In this document: piece by piece, positions 32,004-40,355 of the stretch
Position numbering within the stretch: the stretch's first letter is position 1
Layout of the letters: each line of letters starts with the position of its first letter
The notes under the pieces: generated by a model
Told to the model about the DNA's origin: nothing
Database searches by the model: none
Seen by the model: only the letters and a program-made list of their open reading frames with translations
From: Terriglobia bacterium
GTDB taxonomy: Bacteria > Acidobacteriota > Terriglobia > 20CM-2-55-15
NCBI GenBank assembly: GCA_965198225.1
Contig: CBDAOY010000007.1
Coordinates: 384,001-448,000 of the forward strand
Reading direction: 5' to 3'
Length of the DNA: 64,000 bases
Program-made: the position numbers and the translations under genes

Positions 32004-34088
32004 GTCTCCTCCGCCCGACGACGACTTGCCGGCCTGACCTTCAAGGTACCTGCTCCACCACGCCAGCTCGTTGATCATCCTGTGAACGTTGTTCCAGTGA
32101 CCACGGATTCCGTGAGCCTGACCGGCGTACCGGATCATCTTCGCAGGCACTCCCTGTCGCTTCAGCGCGAAATACATCTGCTCGCCTTCCGGATAGGGAA
32201 CGCGCTGGTCCACCTCGCCGTGAACGAAGAGCGTCGGCGTTTTCACGTTGCCGGCGTGGGTCAGCGGCGATTGCTTGATCAACCGTTCCAGCGCCTCTTC
32301 TTCCCACGGCGTCCCGAAGAATTCGGTCTCCTTCGTGCGGTAGATGTCGGCGGTACCGTAGTCGCTGACCCAGTTCGTGATGCCGGCGCCGGAAATGGCC
32401 GCCGCGAAGTGGTCGGGGTACTGCGTGATCACCCAGTTGGTCATGAACCCGCCGTAAGAGTGGCCGGTGTGGCCGACGCGACCGGTGTCGATCGGGTATC
32501 GTTCCAGGACGTAATCGACGCCGGACACGACATCCTGCCCGTCCTTGTTGCCCCATTCGCCCCACGTCGCCCACTTGAATGCCTCACCGTATCCGGTCGA
32601 GCTCCTGAAATTCGTGTCCAGGACGAAGTAGCCGTTCGCCGCGAAAAACTGCTTCTTGAAGTTGAACCTGTAGCCCACGGCGGAGTGAGGACCCCCGTGA
32701 CTGAAGACAATGAGGGGGTAGGGCCCCGTCGCACGGTCGTAGCCGGAAGGGAAGGTCAGCCAGCCCTCGATCGATGTCCCGTCGTAGCTCGGCCATTCCA
32801 GCCGTTCCGTCCGGCTGAAGGCGACCTCCTCCAGGATGTTGTCGTGAACGGCGCTGAGCCGGCGTTCGTTCCCTCCGTCCAGGTCCGCAGCATAGATTTC
32901 GGGAGGGGACTCATGAAGGCCGACGGTATAGACGATCGTGCGGAAATTCTCGTCGATTGACACCCCGCCGAGACGACGCTCGCCGCGGGTCACCTGCTCC
33001 ACGTCCCCGTCGGGAACTGACACTCGGAACACGTGGGTCTGCCCGCCGATTCCGGCCGTGAAGTACATAAACCGACCTTCCGGCGCCCATCGCGCAGGGC
33101 CCGGTTGGAGATCCCAGTTCGCGGTGAGGTTGATCGGGGCTCCGCCTTCGACGGGCCGAACGAACAGGTCGCGGGGGCCGCCATGATCGAGCTTGTCCCG
33201 GATGACCAGGTCCGTCCCGTAGCTGCGGGCGTATGAAATGAATCGACCGTCGGGGGAGAAGGCAACGCTGTTGTGAACGTAGAGGTCGTCGGTGAGCTGG
33301 GTGACCGTTCCCTCCGTCGACACCGTGTAGAGATCCGCCCGTCCGTAGCTGAGCTCGTTCCGCCAGTCCGAGTCCGCGGTAAAAGCCAGGAGGTCGCCCC
33401 TCGGATGCCAGCTCACGTTGGCGGGACGCAGGTCTTCGCTGAGCAGGACTCTTGCTTCACCGCCCTCAACAGGCTGGATGGCGATTTCGGTGGCCGCGCG
33501 AGCGGTTGGGTCTGGTGAAGGGAATTCCGCTCCATCCCGCTGGAAGTCCTTCCAGTCGAAGATGGCCCCTTCGAACCGCTCCTGGTGGCGGCGCTCGAAA
33601 TCAGTGGCATATGTCGGCTCCAATATCGGCCGCGGCTTGTCTCTGAGGGTTGCGAACCACTTTCCGTCCGGGCTCAGGACCGATCGTTCGTGCGGTCCGG
33701 CTGTTCTGGCGGGCAGAGCCGTGGGATCTGCCGGATCCAGAGTCCACCACCCGCCGTCGGCCGCGTACCGGAGCAGGTTGTCAGCGATCCATCGGGCTCC
33801 TGAAATGTCCTTTCCGTAGTGGACGACTCGTCGCGGCTGTGCCGACGCATCGGCGGGCACGATGCGTGTCTCGACCCGGGTGCTATTGTCCTCCTCGATT
33901 CTAGTGGACACCGTAAAAGCCACCCAATCACCGTCTGGTGAGATCTGAGGGTTCCCGACCGACTGGATTCGATAGAAGTCCTCGATGGCCAGCGGCCTGC
34001 TCTGGGCGGCTGCGAAGCCAACTGCGAGGGTCGAAACAAGAATCAGCGCGAGAAAAACGTGAAGCTGGAAAGACCTTGAGCGTGCCAT
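32001..34088 (-). CDS. S9-family peptidase (acylaminoacyl/dipeptidyl peptidase)
   Basis: HGGP, GHSYGG, HGEVDQRV, GQAHG; N-terminal propeller; signal peptide. Confidence 0.92.
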   Translation of the reverse strand: MARSRSFQLHVFLALILVSTLAVGFAAAQSRPLAIEDFYRIQSVGNPQISPDGDWVAFTVSTRIEEDNSTRVETRIVPADASAQPRRVVHYGKDISGARWIADNLLRYAADGGWWTLDPADPTALPARTAGPHERSVLSPDGKWFATLRDKPRPILEPTYATDFERRHQERFEGAIFDWKDFQRDGAEFPSPDPTARAATEIAIQPVEGGEARVLLSEDLRPANVSWHPRGDLLAFTADSDWRNELSYGRADLYTVSTEGTVTQLTDDLYVHNSVAFSPDGRFISYARSYGTDLVIRDKLDHGGPRDLFVRPVEGGAPINLTANWDLQPGPARWAPEGRFMYFTAGIGGQTHVFRVSVPDGDVEQVTRGERRLGGVSIDENFRTIVYTVGLHESPPEIYAADLDGGNERRLSAVHDNILEEVAFSRTERLEWPSYDGTSIEGWLTFPSGYDRATGPYPLIVFSHGGPHSAVGYRFNFKKQFFAANGYFVLDTNFRSSTGYGEAFKWATWGEWGNKDGQDVVSGVDYVLERYPIDTGRVGHTGHSYGGFMTNWVITQYPDHFAAAISGAGITNWVSDYGTADIYRTKETEFFGTPWEEEALERLIKQSPLTHAGNVKTPTLFVHGEVDQRVPYPEGEQMYFALKRQGVPAKMIRYAGQAHGIRGHWNNVHRMINELAWWSRYLEGQAGKSSSGGGD

Positions 34089-34140
34089 CAGGACCTCCAC
34101 TTACGAAAAGTTTTGTCGAACCCTACTCATGATGCCCTGT

Positions 34141-35019
34141 TCACGGGCACGGATCTTCGCCTTCGACCGGGGCGACGCCGGAGGGCAGGAAGCGACACGG
34201 GTCGGCCGACTCGAGCGAGACGCGCGTTCCGGTTCGGATGAGGCTCGTGGCGCTCGGACCCTGGAAGAAGCTGTATCCCTCGCGGGTTCCCATCCATGCC
34301 AGCGGACCGCCCAGTTTACGGCCGGCCCCGAGGGTTTCGTCCTTGATCTTCGTCACGAGCGCCTCGTAGTCCGGGTCGCCCTGCCGTCGTCCGGTAAAAC
34401 TGCCGAGGTCGGAGCTTGCCGCGAAGACGACATCGACACCGGGGACGCCGGCGATCTCTTCGGCGATCTCCACACCGGCCGGCGATTCGATCATGGCAAC
34501 GATCATGATGTTGTCGTTCGCCGCCCTGCGGTAGTCGTTGCCCCAGATCGCACGGTATTGCCCACCGCCCTGGCTCCTTTTGCCGATGGGCGGGTATTTG
34601 GCGAAGGTGACTGCATTCTGCACTTTCTCGACGCTGTCGACCATCGGGATGATGATTCCGAGGGCTCCGATGTCGGTAGCCTTCTGGATGTCTCCTTCTG
34701 TTGCGTCGGGTACCCGGATGAATGGGATCGCCGGGGTGTCCTTGCAGGCCCAGATCATGCGTGCTGCATCGGTGTAGGTCAATGGGCTGTGTTGCATTTC
34801 GATCCAGAGGAAATCGAACCCGGCGCCAGCCATCGCGCAATAGATATCCGGGTCGGCCGTGGAGACCGTTCCCCCGACAACCTGTTTGCCCTCGGCCAGT
34901 TTCTGCTTCACCGTATTGAACATTCGCACCTGACCGGTCTGTTGCCCCTGAGCTTCGAACGCGGCGGTGGCGGTCAAGCCGACAGCCCACAGTAGCGCGA
35001 ACAATGTTACGTGCTTCAT
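34141..35019 (-). CDS. HpcH/HpaI aldolase family protein with signal peptide
   Basis: GFDFLWIEMQH, KYPPIGKRS, VAMIES, SSDL. Confidence 0.85.
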   Translation of the reverse strand: MKHVTLFALLWAVGLTATAAFEAQGQQTGQVRMFNTVKQKLAEGKQVVGGTVSTADPDIYCAMAGAGFDFLWIEMQHSPLTYTDAARMIWACKDTPAIPFIRVPDATEGDIQKATDIGALGIIIPMVDSVEKVQNAVTFAKYPPIGKRSQGGGQYRAIWGNDYRRAANDNIMIVAMIESPAGVEIAEEIAGVPGVDVVFAASSDLGSFTGRRQGDPDYEALVTKIKDETLGAGRKLGGPLAWMGTREGYSFFQGPSATSLIRTGTRVSLESADPCRFLPSGVAPVEGEDPCP

Positions 35020-35134
35020 CGGTACAACCTCTCTGTTGGAAGGATAATTGCGTCGAGAATCGTACCATTGTGGGGCGTTGGGCGGAAGGAACTGCGTGCG
35101 TCGATACGCTCTGCGAGCGCACAGACCGGGAGGC

Positions 35135-35167
35135 GTGTAGGTGCGGTCTCATAGAGCGCACCTACAC
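35135..35167. repeat. Collapsed GTAG REP doublet
   Basis: GTGTAGGTGCGGTCTCATAGAGCGCACCTACAC. Confidence 0.7.
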
Positions 35168-35241
35168 CCGATCCCAATCGCTTTGTGTCGGCCACTACAA
35201 TTGGGGTGCGGGAACAAACGATCTGGCGGGAGGTAGACTGA

Positions 35242-35577
35242 ATGTGGATCATGGTCGCGGGACCTTACAAATCGGGAGCCCGGAGTCGGGAAGAAGCAGA
35301 CGCCAATCTGAGGACGCTGAACGATGCCGCCTACGCGCTGTTTTTGAAAGGACACGTTCCGGTCATAGGCGTCAACATGGCCCTGCCGGTCATCGAGGCG
35401 GCCGGCATGGATCGCTACGAGGAGATCATGATGCCGATTTCGCTGTCGCTGGCCGAACGTTGTGACGCGATTCTGAGAGTCGGTGGCCACTCGCGCGGCG
35501 CTGATGAAGAAGTCGCCGTGTTGGCGGGGAAAGGTCGGCCGGTTTTCCGGCGAGTGGAAGAAGTCCCTCAGGCATGA
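35242..35577 (+). CDS. DUF4406-like small protein
   Basis: IMVAGPY, GHVPVIG, CDAILRVGGHSRGADEE. Confidence 0.75.
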   Translation: MWIMVAGPYKSGARSREEADANLRTLNDAAYALFLKGHVPVIGVNMALPVIEAAGMDRYEEIMMPISLSLAERCDAILRVGGHSRGADEEVAVLAGKGRPVFRRVEEVPQA

Positions 35578-35616
35578 CAACTGACTACCGACTGAGCCCG
35601 GAACTGACTACTGACT

Positions 35617-36268
35617 ACTGACTACTTCCCCCCATCGCTTACTCTATTCTCATATGGCCGCGGATCACTTCAGTTCAGAGATCAAATCCGGAGCGCTCCT
35701 CATACTTCTTGCCCTGGCTCTTCCAACGGACCTGCCTGGTGCCAACACGCAGACCGTGGGGCCCGCAGCGTCGCCAGGGCCGGGGGTCCCGGAATGTCCG
35801 CGGCTTTCTCTTTTCATGGCTCAGGACGACTGGCTCGAACGGCTTGTCAATCCGATCTACACCACCACCGAAGAGGTGGATCAGGCGGTCCGGGAACGCG
35901 GGCGCATGCTGGAGTGTCTCGATTCGGTCGGACCGGGAGGTCCTAAATCTGTCGGACACTACTGACTACCGACAACTGACAACTGACTACTGACGAACTG
36001 ACTACTTCCCCCCATCGCTTACTCTATTCTCATATGGCCGCGGATCACTTCAGTTCAGAGATCAAATCCGGAGCGCTCCTCATACTTCTTGCCCTGGCTC
36101 TTCCAACGGACCTGCCTGGTGCCAACACGCAGACCGTGGGGCCCGCAGCGTCGCCAGGGCCGGGGGTCCCGGAATGTCCGCGGCTTTCTCTTTTCATGGC
36201 TCAGGACGACTGGCTCGAACGGCTTGTCAATCCGATCTACACCACCACCGAAGAGGTGGATCAGGCGG
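35617..36268 (+). repeat. 272-bp direct duplication (35617-35888 = 35997-36268), each copy preceded by (CTGACTA)n heptamers
   Basis: Sequence identical at offset 380. Confidence 0.9.
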
Positions 36269-37394
36269 CCGGGCGTTTTTGTCCGATCAGCTACGCATGG
36301 TGCGCTACCATCTGGCCCTGTTCCTGTCGTTCGCCGACGCCGGAACGGGTTCTCCAGAGCTTGTCGATCTCTCCACGACCCCGGACCCGGCGGTGCGACG
36401 ACTGAGGGAAGACCTTGGCCTGCTTCCGCCCTCGGGTGTCATTCTGATTCGATACTTCATCGATCCCGAGCAAGTGCCCGACCCCATTCGCGACGCTTTC
36501 GAAAACCCACAGACTCAGGCGGTCACGCTGTGGTGCCGCTACGTTGCCGTTTTGACGTCCACCCGGAGAGACCTCAGCCAAACCCCGACCGCAACCGATG
36601 GCCTGCAATCGACCTTCTCCCACGAACTCGTGCATGCGTTCCTCAACGCCAGACTCGGCTCCGGGATCATCGAGAGCGGATTCCCATCGTGGTTTCACGA
36701 GGGCATGGCCATTCATTTCAGTGGCAGCGGGCGTGGACACGTGACGCTGGACCCCTCCACGGGTGGCTTCACACGAACCGAGCCGACCGCGCAATACGAG
36801 CGATACCAGAGGACCTTTCTCTACCTGGAATCGAGCCTGGGCCATTCCGGTTTCAATCAGGCTTTGCATCTCGCAGTTGAAAACGCCGATCCCTCGTTGT
36901 TGATAGCCGCCGCTGACGAATCTTCATACGACGAGCTTGTCGCGACGGCCGAGCTGTGGTGGCGGTGGTGGCCCCTTCCAGTCGCGCTGGTTCGAGGGTG
37001 GGCACTCTGGTGGCTGGCGGGGTTGATCGTGATGTCGATCGGAGCGGGATGGTCGTTGTGGAGGCGATGGCAGCCCGCTGTTCCCCGATCGGCCCTCGAA
37101 GTCGAACTGAACTCGGATCTGCTGGCTGCGATCCAGAGCGGGGATGCGGGAACCGTTCGATACCTTATCCGCTCCGGAGCGCATGCCAACGCGCAGGATG
37201 GTGACGGGAGGTCTGCCCTCATGTGGGCGGTTTGGATGGACCAGTTTCAGGCGGTGGAGGCTCTGGTCAATGCCGGGGCGAAGGCCACGCGTGAGATCCG
37301 GGGCGTCGCGGAGTTGCGGGGCTGTTCTCCGGACATCGTCCGTGTGCTTGCCGATGGGGTCGCCAGGGACGGGGAGGAGTGGAGCGATGATTGA
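36034..37394 (+). pseudogene. Frameshifted secreted HExxH peptidase - TM - ankyrin protein
   Basis: Signal-peptide frame switches near 36268 into a frame with FSHELVHAF, PSWFHEGMA, TM segments and an ankyrin repeat (GRSALMWAV). Confidence 0.65.
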
Positions 37395-37471
37395 CCCCGC
37401 CGGTCCCTTCCAGTTACATTTGCGCGCAAGATGACGTTCCATCAAGGTCGCGGCAAGATCGAGTGCCCACG

Positions 37472-38785
37472 ATGACCACCACCGAACCCACCGTCACGAC
37501 CCGGGCATCTGCAGGCGACCCGTCTCTGATCTCGACCGGCAGCTGGGTTATCTACGACCTTGCCAATACGATTTTCTCTTTCAACATCGTGTCGTTCTAT
37601 TTCGTGCTGTGGGTGACGAACGTTATGGGGGGAACGGATGCCGACTACGGCTACGCAAACTCCATCTCGATGGCCGTTGTTTTCTTCCTGTCCCCTGTGC
37701 TGGGCGCCCTGACCGATCAGGCTCCGAAACGAATGCCTTTCCTCGTCATCTCCACCGTGATCTGCGTGGCCCTGACGTTTCTACTCGGTTCCGGTGGATT
37801 GACGTTTTCGCTCGTGTTTTTCGCCTGCGCCAACGTCGCCTACCTGGCCGGCCTCCAGTTCTACGACGCTCTGTTGCCCGAGGTCAGCACCGAGGCGACT
37901 CGGGGCCGGGTCAGCGGTGTGGGCGTCGGCGTGGGCTACCTGGGTTCGTTCATCGGGCTCGCAGTCGGAGCGATGATTCTGGGCCTGGAAATCGACTCTC
38001 TGCCGGTGGCGGAGCAGGCGGTTCGCTACCGCACGGTTTTCCTTCTGACGGGATTCCTGTTTCTGACGTTTGCGATCCCCTGCTTTTTGTTCGTACAGGA
38101 GCGAGGACGTCCGGGGCGCCGGTTCTCCAGCTCTTCGGTGGGCGCGGCATTCCACCAGGTTGCGACGACGTTCCGACACTCCCGGCGGTATCCCGGCCTG
38201 CTGCGCTTCCTTATCGGCCGGATGTTCTACACCGACGCCGTCAACACCGTCATCATCTTCATGGGCGTGTACGTCGTCAACGAGGTAGGTTTCGGGACAG
38301 TGATGGCTCAGGTGGTGCTCCTGGTTGCTATCCTCTTCGCCGTCGTCGGTGGTCTCGTTTGGGGACGAATCGTCGATCGAATCGGCCCGAAACGCTCGCT
38401 GACGATCGTGCTGCGACTGTGGATGGTCGTGTTCAGCTGGACCGCCCTGGTCGGGTTCCTGCCCGTGCCGAGCTGGACGTTCTGGCCCGTGCCGGTCCTG
38501 GCGGGTATCGCGCTGGGCGGGACCTGGACGGCCGATCGTCCCTATATGCTGCGTCTGACGCCACCCGCGCGAGTCGGCGAGTTTTACGGCCTCTACGGGA
38601 TGGTCGGCCGTTTTGCGGCGATTCTCGGACCCGCTCTCTGGGGCCTGATCGTCAACACACTGGGTTTGGGGCGACCGGTCGCGGTGACGACATTGTTGGT
38701 CGCCATCCTGATCAGCTACTTCATCCTCCGTCCCGTTTCCGACGAACGTAGAGACTGGCCCGCGGAAGAACGAATCCCGGCCTGA
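37472..38785 (+). CDS. MFS transporter (UMF1/Atg22-like)
   Basis: SWVIYDLAN, FYDALLPEV, GEFYGLY; ~12 TM. Confidence 0.88.
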   Translation: MTTTEPTVTTRASAGDPSLISTGSWVIYDLANTIFSFNIVSFYFVLWVTNVMGGTDADYGYANSISMAVVFFLSPVLGALTDQAPKRMPFLVISTVICVALTFLLGSGGLTFSLVFFACANVAYLAGLQFYDALLPEVSTEATRGRVSGVGVGVGYLGSFIGLAVGAMILGLEIDSLPVAEQAVRYRTVFLLTGFLFLTFAIPCFLFVQERGRPGRRFSSSSVGAAFHQVATTFRHSRRYPGLLRFLIGRMFYTDAVNTVIIFMGVYVVNEVGFGTVMAQVVLLVAILFAVVGGLVWGRIVDRIGPKRSLTIVLRLWMVVFSWTALVGFLPVPSWTFWPVPVLAGIALGGTWTADRPYMLRLTPPARVGEFYGLYGMVGRFAAILGPALWGLIVNTLGLGRPVAVTTLLVAILISYFILRPVSDERRDWPAEERIPA

Positions 38786-38859
38786 GTTTCCGTCCTTTTG
38801 CCCGAATTTCATGGGACGGTCCGGGGCGAGCCTGCTATCGTCGAATCGATGTTGTATCG

Positions 38860-39177
38860 AGTCAGGCTGCCCGAGCCTTCTATTACCTCGGCTCCGCGCT
38901 ATACAAGCTCGACCATTTGGAATACGCCGAAACGAGCCTCGAGTGGTCGCTCGGCCATGACGAAGTGATCCCGGACGCGCGACTGATGCTGGTCAACATC
39001 TACATGAAGCAGCGCCGGTACCGCGAAGCCGCCGATCAACTGACAGTCTACCTGGTAGAGTTTCCGGACAGTCCTCAACGGAAGGGTGTCGAAAAGATGC
39101 TGGACGACATCCGCAAGGTCCTGCAGCAGTCGCCCGGACAATCGCAGTCCTGTGTCTTCTGCAGTCGGGAAGAATAA
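38860..39177 (+). pseudogene. C-terminal fragment of a TPR protein
   Basis: YYLGSALYKL..DARLMLVNIYMKQRRYREAADQLTVYLVEFPDSP; no proper start. Confidence 0.5.
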
Positions 39178-39191
39178 TCCGTCGGAAGGGC

Positions 39192-39685
39192 AAAAAAAAT
39201 GGAAAGGGGCCAACTGTCCGCTTGCTCTCGCCACTAGTTGCTCGAGCACGGGACTGATTCTCCGGCGAGCCCTCGATCGCAGGGCTGATCATGATTCGAT
39301 CGTGAGTTGCCCCACTTTCTCTTCGCGGTCCGATCAACTCCCTTCAGGCTTTGCGAGTTGCCCCGCGCCGCCGTCCGGAGGCTGATTCAAGCTCCGTTCG
39401 GTCCACGAGTTGCCCCGCTTCCCTCCCTTTGCTTGACCTTCAAACTCTGACTGAGACGCGAGTTGCCCCGCTCCTCGTCCAGGGTTTGAGTCAGACTCTG
39501 CTCGGTCTGCGAGTTGCCCCGCATTCCGCTCAGGGTCTGATTCAGACTCTTCTCGATTTGCGAGTTGCCCCGCTCCTCGTTCAGGATCTGAGTCGGTCTC
39601 TGGTCGGCCTGCGAGTTGCCCCGCATTCCGTTCAGAAACCGTGCCGGGTCGTCAATCTCTAACGATCAGCTAACCCCTTACCGAG
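39192..39685 (-). ncRNA. Candidate multi-arm structured ncRNA, copy A (7 GNRA-capped arms)
   Basis: GCGGG-GCAA-CTCGC hairpin at 39302, 39353, 39405, 39458, 39509, 39560, 39611 (period 51-53); closing helix 39667-39677 with 39206-39216; U-tract; paralogue at 43078-43373. Confidence 0.78.
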
Positions 39686-39689
39686 CAGT

Positions 39690-39718
39690 AGAATCTACCT
39701 TTCTCGGAATCCTGTCAA
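39690..39718 (-). promoter_or_regulatory. sigma70-like promoter of ncRNA copy A
   Basis: TTGACA at 39713-39718; TAGATT (15-nt spacer) or GATTCT (17-nt spacer); conserved in copy B. Confidence 0.6.
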
Positions 39719-39929
39719 TATAGAAAATTTTGCGCGCCATTGCTCATGTATAGTACTGAATACAAGTAGTTTAACGTGTATGCGAATATCTTGCGTCGAT
39801 CACAGAACGGCGCGGTGGGAAATGTTGCAATTTTCGCTATTTGAGGTGCGCGAAGTGCGCCCTGCGCTCGGTTATGGTCAGACCTCCTCGCCTAACGCCT
39901 CACCTGTCTTTTGGGCTGCCTGTTCGGGG

Positions 39930-40060
39930 TTCCACGAACTATGCAGGCGTCCCAAAGGGTCGCGATGGCGGGACACAAGACCCGGTCCGTTTTGACGGGT
40001 ACAACATCGTCAACGAGGACGACATTCCGGAGGCCGGACAAGCCGTCGCAGCCTCCTTCA
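39930..40060 (+). pseudogene. Tyrosine recombinase (integrase) C-terminal remnant
   Basis: Frameshifted AGVP..VAM..GHKTRSV/FDGYNIVNEDDI (box II His and catalytic Tyr region). Confidence 0.65.
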
Positions 40061-40142
40061 CCGATCCATGGGCACAGTTCCCGCACAGATCGCAGAAATC
40101 CATGAGGAAAGGAAAATAGCCGAGATGCAAAGTATTTGAGAC

Positions 40143-40198
40143 TGGATGCCGAAAGGGGGTTTCGAACCCCAAGTCCCTGGCGGACAATAGATCCTGAA
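40143..40198 (-). pseudogene. Degenerate 3' half of tRNA-Leu(CAG), att-site-like
   Basis: TTCAGGA anticodon loop, long variable arm, GGGG-TTCGAAA-CCCC T-arm, ends CGGCATCCA; 5' half absent. Confidence 0.65.
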
Positions 40199-40355
40199 GG
40201 CGTCCTGTGAAAGGGTTGGTTTGTTGATGAAAGCTTAGTCTTTCAACTCATCCACGGATTCTTAGCCAATGGAAAACGTGAAAAGTTGTGTCAAGTTAAT
40301 TGTGGAGCGGGCAAGAAGCCGGCGGCCCGCGAAGTAACCACCGGCCTCGTTAACC

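Noticed and set aside
39302-39624. CRISPR array
   Set aside because: The constant part is only 14 nt, the intervening sequences are mutually homologous and pair with each other, and no cas genes are in the window
39387-39626. 79-aa ORF with 17-aa repeats (RGNSQ..)
   Set aside because: Periods of 52-53 nt break the frame, copy B lacks an equivalent ORF, and variation preserves base pairs rather than codons
39302-39660. TIGR-like or bridge-RNA-like guide array (two 9-nt variable segments per 51-nt unit)
   Set aside because: The geometry is suggestive, but the two segments covary to pair with each other, no box C/D-like motifs are evident, and no Nop-domain or IS110 gene is nearby. Not fully excluded if a partner acts in trans
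40143-40198. Functional tRNA gene
   Set aside because: No D-arm or 5' acceptor strand, and the stems are degenerate
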